From the NCBI GenBank assembly GCA_043228905.1, contig JBHGNT010000001.1:18228001-18292000 (forward strand): a stretch of 64,000 nucleotides of DNA, in the 5' to 3' direction. Positions 13,898 to 25,618 of this stretch are shown piece after piece. Within the stretch, counting starts at the first letter, position 1. Each line of letters opens with the position of its first letter. A program made the position numbers and the translations under genes. Origin of the DNA: Azolla caroliniana. Its lineage: Eukaryota; Plantae; Polypodiophyta. Below the pieces are notes generated by a model. The model worked only from the letters and a program-made list of their open reading frames with translations. It was not told the origin of the DNA and made no database searches.

Positions 13898-14281
13898 TAT
13901 CGTGAAGATTTTCGGCAATAGTGAGAAAATCACATAAAAAGAAGAAAACCGAAAAGGGTCATTTTCGCGCTTCTCTCATTGTTTTCTTCTCAATGAGTTA
14001 TCCCACATATATATGCAACTAACATGACTCTCTCTATATAAAGACTCACTTATCTCACATATATATGACTATGTATATATATATGCGTGTGTATTCGTCC
14101 AAACTTCTTTTAGATCAACTACTCTTCGACAGAATCCTATTTCGGCTTTTCGGTCAATTTCGGCCAACCGACTCTTCTTTCAGCTTTTTGATCGATTTCG
14201 GCAGCCAAATCTTATTTCGTCTTTCTGGAAGATTTCAGCTAGCCGACTCTCATTTCGGTTTTCAACAACACCAAGTCATTT
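13203..14281 (+). repeat. Direct repeat copy 1 (PBS + gag fragment + LTR-like block); copy 2 at 20464-21705
   Basis: Colinear sequence match by eye; both copies end in CCAAGTCATTT. Confidence 0.9.
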
Positions 14282-15122
14282 AGAACAAGTAATATGTTGC
14301 ATTCCTTTATTGATAAATACATGACATGTCAAGAATTACAATTTTTTAAACTTTCAAGAATGTATCACGCATGCACACATGTTTTTTAAAAATATCAATC
14401 AAAAACACAATTAATATTATCAAGATTTCAAATTTAACCTATATTTCCTCAATTCATACACATATTTAGGTAGACATTCGCTTGGATTACGAGAATTCTT
14501 TCAACTATCATTGTAATATGCTTCATTTTACATAATGTTGAATTTGAATCCAATTGAATCCAATTGAACAATTTTAGAAACACAATTTTAATGCTATATT
14601 TCTCTCTAACTCCTATAAAGCTTGTTATATTAAATGAGAAAATTGCATTTTTGGGTATAATTAGACACATATTCACAAGTGAATATCACATTATATACCT
14701 CACATGCCCAAAAACTTCTACGAACATTATGTCCCAATCATATATGAACAACCTATTTAAATGTAAGATCAAGTGAGCAACAACGTTGACTTAATATTAT
14801 TATGTACACTTAAAACTAAATAACCAAGATTAAAGAGCTCAGAAATCCTGGAATAAAGTTAAATTCAATTATATTAATAAAGCAAACAATTATAACCAAG
14901 ATTTGTCATACAATCGATAAGTTCATCATCATCTATTCAATAAAAATTATACTTAACAATCACATACTTTGCGAGTCAACCAATACAATTATATGATAGC
15001 CACTTAAAGTTTACAAATGAATCGGATAGTGTAAAGAAATGGAACTCAAACAAAATAATCTTATATTCCAAAACAAGTTTAGTGTTACAATTTTATAGTT
15101 ACAAATACAAACTAATATACAA

Positions 15123-18100
15123 TCACTCGATTAGGCGGTCTGGAACAACTGACAATGGTGTTGCATCAACATGTTCTGTCTCCTTCGCTAAATCTTGTAT
15201 ATGATCAGAACCTGGTGCATCATCAAGGTCGACAAGGTCGCCTCCTTCCTCGTCTATAGGTTCCATCGGCTCTTTGGAGGCCATCTGAAACATCTCTGTT
15301 TCATTGATATCCTTTGCCCCGACCTCTTGGTCCTGGTCAAGACAATCCTAGATGCCTTGGATCCTCATATTAATAAAATTAACTTGGTCGGGGTCCTTTT
15401 CTAATGCGACACAATTCTTGAATAGTTTAAGAGCACATGCAGTCATCGTTCCTAAATAAACAATCACACATACAAAGTAAGAAAATAGGACAAGAAATAA
15501 TTTTCATTTAAAAAAAATTGATGAAACTTATGAGATTACCTGTTCCAGAATATAAGTTGAGAACCCAACCATCAGGGTTCGAGCACAACTCGACCAATCG
15601 ATTAATCAATCGTTGGGGCTTTTGATAAAGGTTTACTAAACTATTATCGCTAGACACGTGGCACAATTTCTTTGTTACAGCTGGGCACATGATATAGTTG
15701 ACACCGTTCCGTTCATTAACATGTGCTTGAGCCTTTTTCTTAGAAATTGCGTCGTAGTAGCCCACACACATTGGCTCCACAACGCTCACCATTCGATCAC
15801 CCGGGGTACGAGTTATGCTCGTTTTAACCTTATTGTATAATTGAATCAAAACAAGTTAATAAATATGGAGTAAGCAACATAGAATCCATACATTAAATAT
15901 ATAGTAACATAATGCTTACCAATGCATATGTTCGGTAGCATGGCATCTCGACTTCAATGTAGTCGTGACCGATAACACCTGACCCATAATGTGAAATATA
16001 ACAACACGCCATAATGGTGCCAGGGTCAGCTCTGCAAAGTCCTTAACCATCTTATCTATTTGCGGATATTTGTATGGCACATCGTCGTATGTCAAGCCTG
16101 ATATTCAGAAGCCATACAATATATCCGCCACGAGCAATGTATAATGTCTCTTGGGTAATATGTCAAGCATATTACCCACATCACCATTATATACAATATA
16201 ATACAATTTTCGGAAAGGGTCACTCTTTTGCAAAAAGCTTTCCACGGTATCTAAGTCCTTAGGCACCTCGAGGTCCTTTCCTTTTGTCATCCATTTCTCG
16301 TATTTAGCTCATTCCAAATGGGTGATGAAGGTGCTAGGTATGCCTTCATTGCTGTCACTATTCTTCTATGAACGAGGTGGTTTCTGTAATTTAAAATTTT
16401 GTAAGAAGAAACCCATTATCCAAAAATCAATTAATATTTGTAGAACATACATACCTATTCTCTAAACACAATAAAGAATTCTTCAAGAGCCTTGTAAGAT
16501 GATGCTTTTGGGCATGATTGCTCCACTTCTTCCCACGTAGGCAGGGACAATTTTTTCATCATCAGCTCTTGAATCTTCATATACACCTTATGGCTAAAAA
16601 GCAAAAGAAACTAAAATTAGAATAAAGAACAAATCAACAAAGCAATCAAATCAAAATGAGACATGCACATAGATGACTTAGTTTTGAAACTCTGTGACCA
16701 TTTCGTCAAGGCTAAACTCCTTGCCAACCACTCTTGATAATACACATATCTATAATCTGTCATCCTTAATTCCTTGCAGTGACCGCCAAGGATGTAGCTT
16801 CATATCTTTGGCTAACTCTTCAATTACTAAGTCACTTTTACGTGACATAGATTTCATCTCCACATGTGGGTCGAGCTTAGCCTTCTTTGATTTTTGACCC
16901 TTTATTTCTTTCCGCTCCCACATATTAACAATGTGATCTTGGAGGTCCCACACCTCCCCTGTTCTAAAGGCAAGTTGAAACCATGAGTCATATTTTCTCA
17001 GGCCCTCAGACTTGGTGCTTTCGTCAACTACTATTCCCACTTCAAGCCAACATTTCGTTGCAATCCAAAATGCAACTGAGGACCAAATTTTTGCAGTGCA
17101 TCAAGGTACTCATGATAGAAGAACTTGATGTACTTGATACATGACATCTTTTGTCTATAGTCATTATCGTTGTTATGATCCCAAGCTAACAACTTGGCTT
17201 CTTCATGTGTAAGGCTTGCATACACTTTACATTCTGCATACTTGAAGAAAGGAATAATAGGATACTCCTTGACCAGTTGACATCGGGCTTCTGTAGCGTG
17301 GGATCCTCCAATCACATAGTATGTGTAGTCATCTACCAAACTGTACTTGAAGTCAACAATAGTAGGACATTGATCTGGGTTGACCATTACTAAGAATAAC
17401 ACTACAATCGCATGTGGATTAATCTTCATTTTGCTGCACATGCACTAAATGTGGCTCTCTAATTTCTAGAGCCCATCTTGCTGTCTCCGGATCGATGGGT
17501 GACTGTCGAATAAAGCAGATTGGTAAGTGAAATAATTGTCCTTTACAGACAAGCTTTGTCTTTACAATATTTTCTCTAATCTGGTTTTGCTCTGAGGTGA
17601 GTATCCCCGATGAAATGTGCCCCCCTGGAGGAATAAGTTCGAGCTCAGCTTCTTCCTCCTCATCTTCTACGAACTCGAGGACCTCTGTCTTGTCCTCTTC
17701 TGGTTGCTGCCTTTTCTTGTAGTTCTTACGTTCCAGTTTGAACTTCTTGGTAGACTTTGGTGGGGTTGTTGCTTGTGTGACCATCAGCTCTCCCTTAATG
17801 TACGAGCGCAAAGCAACATTCAATTTGTTTTCTGTCTGAACATCCTCTTTTAGGGCTTTAGGGTGGCAGGAGTCAGTAATGAAATTACGTTAATCAATCT
17901 TGACTCTGTGAACACCCACTGAGTTATTAACATCGAAGAAGAGGTTCGATGAGTCATTGTGTTCATATTCGATGTTCCATAAGTAGCCGTATGTGAATGT
18001 CTTTACCACTTGCAACTTGCCTTCACCTTCAGACTTTGCAAGAATAAGAAGGAGGTCCCCTTCTTCCTCGGTGTAGATCAGTGTCCACTCCACATGGTGG

Positions 18101-18300
18101 TAGCTCTTCAGGCAAGGCTCCCCACTCTTTTGGCCTAAAGTCTTCGGCGTGTTACCAGCAAAAGACTTTCAAGTGTCGTCACCTCCTGACTTGATAAATG
18201 TTTTGTGAGAATCAGCTTTCATGATGGTGTCAGAAGGTCTTTTTTCTGGTGATGAAATTTTTAGTTTGAAAGACGACACCTTCTGTAGTGGCTCATTGAA
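15123..18300 (-). pseudogene. Intron-containing ParB-like + beta-class N6-adenine/N4-cytosine DNA methyltransferase fusion gene, decayed (5' end approximate)
   Basis: ParB-like: LPI..IR..IREPHLVHV..YYVIGGSHATEAR..LTHEEAKLLAWDHN. MTase: VYNGDVGNMLDILPKRHYTLLVADILYG (motifs III/IV), W-V-K..VE, YQKPQRLINRLVELCSNPDGWVLNLYSGTG|TMTACALKLFKNCVALEKD (motifs X, I, II). Canonical GT-AG introns at 16454-16384 and 15539-15452; two more with one mutated splice site (~16681-16594, 15919-~15830). Acidic tail ends at TGA 15125-15123. Confidence 0.85.
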
Positions 18301-18884
18301 AACTACAAGTCATGACACAAGGATATAACAATAATGTTAATAATAAACAATATAGACCTCTTCACTAAGGTAAAAATTAGCGAAAATCGTATGTTTTTGT
18401 ATAGAATGTTACATAAAAAACTTGAAGAAATAGACCAAAAAACAGAAACAAATTTGACCAAATCGAGTTGAAAGGGACACACCTCGATTATGGAAGCAAT
18501 AGTTGAATAAAACAAAAAAGAATCTTTAAGGAATCTTTTTGGAATCTAAAATGTTGGGTTGGAAAACATACCTGGCAATTTTCTTTCCCTTGTTCATGTT
18601 GATGTCGGAGATGTTGACTTCACCAGGGAGGCGAACACTCGATGATTTTGGTTGCTTAGTGTTGTTGTGCTCCTGTGCTTTTCTTCTGCTTGAACGTGAT
18701 AATGAGAAATGGAAGATGAGTTCCCTTTATATATTTTTTATTTTTTATTTTCAAAAATATTTTTAATTATTTATAAAAAAACTAAAAAATATGTTTTTGG
18801 ACATGGTGCTTATTATAGAACCAAGCTTGTCCCTATTTTGGACATTGTTGTTGTTACTTAGCCTTCAGCAAAATATCCTCAAAG

Positions 18885-20455
18885 TTGAGTGAAAATTCTT
18901 TGTTTTCTATTGAGCCTATTATATTATTGGATAACTCCTTATTCTCAATTGAGGAATATAGCCATGTTAATAATAAAAGGTGCCATGCTAAGACCAACGA
19001 TGATCAAGAGCAAAGCTCGACGACAATTTTTTCGATAGAGCCATTAAACTTAGGTAAAACGAGATATATTAAAGTAGATACAACTCATGTCGAGTCTAGT
19101 TTATCAAATGCTAACAAAGATTGTGTCAATAAGCCTCAAATTTGTCAAAGATTTTCTCGACAAGTGAGTGTTAAACGATATAAGGCTTTGTGTTCAGATC
19201 GACAAATTTCAAATGACATATGCAAGGTATGTTGTGGGAGCATTCGTCTATCAAAATTTGGAAAGGAAAACTTGCGGGGATTGCAACAAAACTATTTGTC
19301 TCTCAATGGCGACGAACAAGATACATTCTTGATTGCCAATATGCAACTTGTTAAGGACCATTTGGTAGTGTCGTGTTCTCAGCAGGTGGAATATTACCTT
19401 TCACTTACTACGAAGAGTTATCGAGTTGCTTTTAAAATTACTTATAGCATCGGGAACATGAGGCTACAAAGAATTCAACATCGATTACTGAAGGGGTGGT
19501 GGGTGCCTTTCAACAATACAAAATTTTCATGTAAGGGCTTGATTGGGTGACATGTTGTTAGATGGTTGGAGATTTATTTCTTGAAGCAATGTGATTTTAT
19601 GCCCACCACCGGAAGGTTACATTTGTCAGATAACTTTACTCATCGTGAGGTATACCAAGCCTATAAGAATGGCATGTCATTGGAAAGTGTACCTTATATA
19701 GAATATCGACATTTTAATCGTTTATGGTGATCGAAGTTTAACAATGTGGTCATACCCCACAAGGTTTGAATGGGTGTTTGTTCGATCTTCACGAGTTTAA
19801 AAAGCTTGGCAAAGAGTGGGACAACAAATGAAGAAATAACAAAATATAAGACTTTATTGAGAGGGCATCGAGAAAGCCAAGCATTGGAAAGATCTAAAGC
19901 TATGCACCATTGTCAAAAAGCGCTTCAATCGCTAGAAAGATACATGTGCTTGATTATAGATGCGATTGATTACAAGGAAACTTGTTTGCCACATTTTCGA
20001 AGGTTGTCGTAGGATATTGGAGATCAATGCCTAGTGTAGATGCACTTAGTAGGATGTATTTTGTATTGTTAGATAATAAGGCCTCAAGTGTTCTTAACTT
20101 ATCCAAATATCCACAACGACCCTAATGTTACAGTTACAGTCATGCAAAGAGTTTGGCACAGTTGGCAAGGTTTACTGCCACCAATACTATATGTGCAACT
20201 TGACAACACAACCAGAGAAAACAAGAACTCAACTGTGTTTGGTTACCTGAGCATGTTAGTAGACAAGGGTATTTTCAAATTTTCATTAAGGTCAACTTCT
20301 TGCTAGTTGTTCATACACATGATCACATTGATCAAATGTCTAGTAGGTTCTCCAAGAAATTAGTGAGGTGTGATGCTTTCACACTTCCTGTGCTATCAAG
20401 GTTGATCATTGAAGCTTATACCCCCAATCCAGATGTGCAACGTTTAGATGAAATC
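18885..20455 (+). pseudogene. DDD/E transposase-like gene (DUF7869/Sola-like by recollection), decayed and 3'-truncated
   Basis: MPTTGRLHL; MGVCSI..LK..HRESQALER; CLIIDAIDYKETCLPHF (D1); LYVQLDNTTRENKN (D2); VNFLLVVHTHDHIDQMSSRF (D3); stops and frameshifts. Confidence 0.75.
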
Positions 20456-20463
20456 CAGGCTGG

Positions 20464-21705
20464 CTGATAACACTTTTGGCACGCATGGTGGATCTATGCA
20501 AGCACAACGAACGTCAGCGGATGCATGTCTAGTCGCTGCGACAAGAACAAAACACGCAACTACCCACCTCTGACTCATGCCAAGGCTAAGAGGCTCCCAT
20601 CATTGACCTCATCGAACACACCAGCCAAATCTTGCAGCAACACGAGATCCTGTCCGATTCCGTGCCTGCAAAACCACCCTGACACGAAGTCGCGAAACGG
20701 ATGGACTCTATCACAACCAGCACGAATCATTCCGTGTGACAACACGTCAGATCGCACATCCGAGTTTTTTCACAACACTAAGGAAGCTACCATGCCGTAC
20801 CCCTATCCCCGCTATAACGGCGAAGACGATGCAGAGGCACATGTCCACGCCTTCCTCACCACATGACAACCTAAACACGCCTCCCAATGCCTAGTTGCGA
20901 CTAAGGCGACTATATCAAAGATAGCTGAGTTCGGGCTATCTCTGGATGGGGATGCAACGAACTGGTATTCAGAAAATGACATCATAGAGTTCGTCGAGTT
21001 CGACCAACTCTGGGAACAGTTCATCCAACTGTTTCATCGTAGAATTCCTCAACGAGAATTAATGAGCCAATTGTATGGAATAACGCAGGAACTAACAGAG
21101 ACAATCCCACAATTCTTCATCCGATCTCAAAACATATGACCATAAGTGGCACGATTTCCGATGCCAAAGGAAGTCACGAAGACCTTCTTGACCGCTGTCA
21201 TGAAAATTTTCCGGAACGGTGAGAAAATCACATGAAAAGGAGAAAACCGAAAAGGGTTCACTTTCGCGCTTCTCTCACTGTTTTCTTGTTAGTGAGTTAT
21301 CCCACATATATATGCAACTAACATGAGTCTCTCTATATAAAGACCCACTTATCTCACATATATATATGTCTATGTATATATATGTAGATGTGTGTATTAG
21401 TCCGAACTTCTGTTCGGCCGACTATTGTTCGATTGAATCCTATTTTGGCTTTTCGATAGATTTCAGCCAACCAACTCTTGTTTCGGCTTTTCAGTCGATT
21501 TCAGCAGTCGATTCTTATTTCAGCATTCTGGACAATTTCGGCCAACCGATTCTAGTTTCGGCTTTCTGGACAATTTCGACCAGCCGACTCTCATTTCGGT
21601 TGATTTCGGCGAACCGATTCTCATTTCAGTTTTTCAACTGACTTCCTCCAGTAGGAGGGACAACCTTACATAACACAATTGACTTACCACAAAGCCAAGT
21701 CATTT
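20464..21705 (+). repeat. Direct repeat copy 2 (Arg-like PBS, Tat-like gag fragment, LTR-like block 21196-21675)
   Basis: GATAACACTTTTGGCACGCATGGTGGA; MPYPYPRYNGEDDAEAHVHAFL; TG..CA-bounded block. Confidence 0.9.
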
Positions 21706-22089
21706 CTTAAAATAGTTGTATTTTCGTTATTATACTTTTTCATATGTAAATTCTCATACATGAGTGACATGGTTATCATGCGTCACATGTAAATGCATGA
21801 GCGCCAAACAAGAAACATGCATTTCATGCATTACAGGCATTGTATACATGGCTTGCATCATATGCATGGGGGCATCTATAAAAGAGTGGAGAAAAAAAAA
21901 TAAAAAGGGGAGGAATCAATTTATGAAGGAAGCTTGTACTCAATCAAGAAATTAATAACAAGAAATCTAATTATCTTTTTGGTGATGTATCTTGTCTCTT
22001 AAAATTGAAATCTCTATCTCAATCTCTCTCTTTCAATCTGTCTCATAATTGGAATGTCCGTCTCTCAATCTCTCTGTCTCTATCTTAAA

Positions 22090-25000
22090 TACATTCTCGC
22101 TAAAGCTAGTACAACCATCGAATCCTTCCCGTCTAGGACCCCGGTGGTCCCGCTTCATTTTCACGAACATGCGAGGATTTCCTCAACACCACCCTCCGAG
22201 AACCTCTACGCACAACCTTCGTGGTGGTGGACCTCACAGGGAAACCAATAGAGGACATTATCAGCCGGGTCCTACGGCTCGACAACGTCGAGAGCATGTC
22301 CATGACTGCTCTCCGACGGGCCTTACCTACAGAAGAAGAGACGTGCTTTCGCCAGTCCATCCAATGTACCACCTGCCTCAAACCCGACCACTCTTCCCTG
22401 GATTGCACACTCCGCTCCCACTGCCCGATATGTCATTCTCGCATGCACACATTGGATCTCTACGAATACAACTTGCTGAATAGAAATCTGACACCTGTAT
22501 GATCGCCTGAGATACCGCGACGAGGACCGACCTTGTTATAACGATCGGGGCCAATCCATAGATGACCACGATTGGGATGATGACCACCGTTGAAACGATG
22601 AATATAGGCACGACAACGACTATCGATGCGGCGAAGATTACCGCCGGGGAAATGATTCTCATCAAAACGACAACGTAAGTCAGGTTGGCCGGTATAGAAC
22701 AAGGTGACTCAGGCACTCACTACTTTAATTGCCAAGAACCGGGCCATCACGCACCGCAATGCCCATATAAGCAAACCGGCAAACTCCCAACGCTCAACAT
22801 AATCATAGCGGAGGTCCTAGAGGTAACAACTAGCAGTAAGACCAAGACGGTCACATGGGAAGAGAAAGACGATATACTCAATGCGGAGAAAGCCTAATGT
22901 AGAATGCATGTGGCAGGAGAGCACATCCGAGGTAGCCACGAAGGAAGCAGCAACGGAGGTGGACCCAATCTAGCAGGTCCTCGCGAACTGCCCAATTACA
23001 CTCACAATGACTAAGCTGCTCAACATGATTCCCCGCTTTCTTCACGCTCTGGAAACACGGATGCACCACACACCCCAAGTAATGGTCTCCGCAAATTTTT
23101 CCGAATCCACGGCAAGCCCGACTATCTTGAACCACTAGAACTTGGCCATCAAAGTGCTCATACAAGGGACAAAAATCTCGGGATGCATTGTCGATGTCAT
23201 AAGTACAACTACATGTAGCCGCTTGGGCATCACAACTTGGGAAGTGTGCCCTTTTTGGCTACGAATGGCGGACACCAGATCTGTCCGACCCCTAGGGATG
23301 TTGCGGAAACTATCGATCATAATAAGGGGTCATATGTTTGACATCACAGGCTCTCTTGAAAAGACTGCCATTGTTATGGGCATGACCATATAATATCCCG
23401 TGGTGAGAATTTACCATAGTATTCTATACACGTGGATAAGTATGAGGGTTAAACAAGAGTGTAAAGAAGGGGTGGATTACTTTTAATCCTTTGGATTGAG
23501 ACAACCCATTAGGCCAAGTGTGAACTTGCCTAGGGGCCTTTGGTATCGCTATAAATAAGAGGTCTCGCTACCCTCATTTCATCATCTTTTGACTACGTCG
23601 AGACTCTGTTTCGTGGTGGTTCAACTGTTGTAGTGAGCGCGCTAGCACCAGGTGCGACTTGATGCCACGATGGTGGTATGGGACGCTGATTGAGGCTCGA
23701 GTCCATCTTGATCCCTTCGCTTGGGGGTGGTCGGGTGGATCGGCATCCTTCTTTCTCTCTCTCCTTTCTATCTATCTATCTATCTATCATTCTTTTATCC
23801 TTATAATATGCTTACATTAGGGCAAATCTCTAATATCCATGATTGAATTAGTACACAAATACGGAGACGTATTCACATGGTTGCATGAGAGCGTGAAGGG
23901 TTTGGATCCTAAATTTTATCAACATCAGATCAACCTCACAACAGATGCCAACCAGTCCAACAACGACGTTACCACATGAACCCAAATTATGCGGCTCGCA
24001 TTAAGGAAGAAATTGAAAAACTATTAAAATTTGGGTTGATCCGACCAGTGAAGCAGGAAACATGGTTGAGCCCTAGAGTAGTGGTTCCAAAGAAGAATGG
24101 GTAATCTATGTGTGCGTTGACTACCGAAAATTAAATGCGGTCACCATTACAGACGCCTTCCCCCTCCCCTTCATTGATAGTGTTCGCGACGCAGTTGCGG
24201 GGCACGACATGTACAACTTCTTAGACGGGTTCAATGGCTACAACCAAGTCCGTATGCACCCAGATGACTAGGAGGAAACCGTGTTCATAATGGAGTGGGG
24301 CATATTCGTCACAATAGTCATGATGTTTGGTTTAAAAACCGCACCTACCACCTTCCAACGTATCATATCTGAAATCTTTGGTGAGTATATCCCAGTTTTT
24401 ATGCAGGTTGTTTTGGATGATTTCACAGTTTACGACATTTAAGACATCTACGCCTCTACCTAGAGTGTTTTCCTGCCTCACGTCCTTGTCTTAATCTAGC
24501 CAAGTGCGCATTCGACGTAACTAGCAAAGCTCTCCTCAGTCACATCGTGAGGTGAGAGGGTATAGCAGTGGATCTTGGGAAAATCAAAGCTATCGTCACA
24601 ACCCCAACTCCTAAAAATGCCAAGGCATTAAGTCGGTTCAGATCAGATGGCAAAGCCCGAGGCTACGCCATCTGGCAAACTTCGCCACTCCACTACACGC
24701 CGTAGTTCACCGAACCCTGTTTAGTTGGACGGAAACAGAAGATAAGGCTTATATGGCACTAAAGATTATGCTCACACAAGCCCCGGTGTTACAAGCAACT
24801 GACTAGACGCGACCCTTCCATGTTTTCGTGGATGCCTCGGACATCACAATCAGAAGTGCACTCATGTAGCTAACTAAGCCGAACTAGTATCGATCCATAT
24901 ACTACTCTAGAAGGAAGCTCTCAACCGCCGAGCACAATTATTCCACGACAAAACAAGAGGCTGACATTAATAAATTCTGACATTACCTATTGGGAAAGAA

Positions 25001-25618
25001 GTTCATCTTTCACGTTGATCACGCAGCACTCCTCTATCGGGTATCAAAACAATCACTCACTGGGAAACTGGCGCGTAGGATTCTGTTGCTACAAGAATTC
25101 GATTTCGACATCCAGCACCGCCCCGGAACACAACACGTCGTGGCCGATTACCTAAGCCTCACTAAAAATGGGTACACGGCATCCGAGGGAGATGATGATT
25201 TCCCAGACGGGGGAATCCTGCACATAACCATGGATGCAAACAAACGAAAGAAGAGGTTGCGGTAAGGAGCCGGAACTTTTGTTTAGACGGTGAGACGTTG
25301 TATTACAAAAGCAACGATGGCATTTGGAGACGATGTGTTCGTAGCAACGAGAAAAACACGGTGATGCGTGAAGCACATTACGGAATAGCAGGTGGCCATT
25401 ACGCAGGAGAGGTTACCATGCGGAAAATATGGCAAGCTATCCTTTGGGGGCCACCAGTACTACCGTGAATGCGACCTATGGCAGCGATTGGGTCAACCTA
25501 CAGAGCGCGCCTGGATCCCTCATCACCCGTGCTTCCCTTAAATCCTTTCCATAAATGGGGCCTCGACTTCGTAGGCCCATTCACCCCGGCGGCGGCATGC
25601 ACAGGGCATCAAGACATC
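22090..25618 (+). mobile_element. Highly degenerate Tat-like Gypsy gag-PR-RT-RNaseH-INT
   Basis: CTTCLKPDHSSLDC and CPICHSRMH knuckles; RT CVDYRKLNAVT..FLDGFNGYNQV..VLDDF; RNase H FHVFVDAS..LLQEFDFDIQHRPG; INT WGLDFVGPF. Confidence 0.85.
23371..23840 (+). mobile_element. Solo/partial LTR of the chromovirus family seen at 25620-26077 and 48066-48476
   Basis: TGTTATGGGCATGACCATATAATATCCCGTGGTGAG matches the reverse complement of 26040-26077. Confidence 0.85.

Noticed and set aside
15123-18300. Bacterial contaminant or intact host methyltransferase gene
   Set aside because: It has spliceosomal introns, several stops and frameshifts, and is embedded among plant retroelements; motifs do not match C5 (MET1/CMT/DRM) enzymes
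18572-18597. Coding first exon MNKGKKIA for the ParB-MTase gene
   Set aside because: The donor site is good, but splicing to the 18303 acceptor gives an immediate stop; left uncalled
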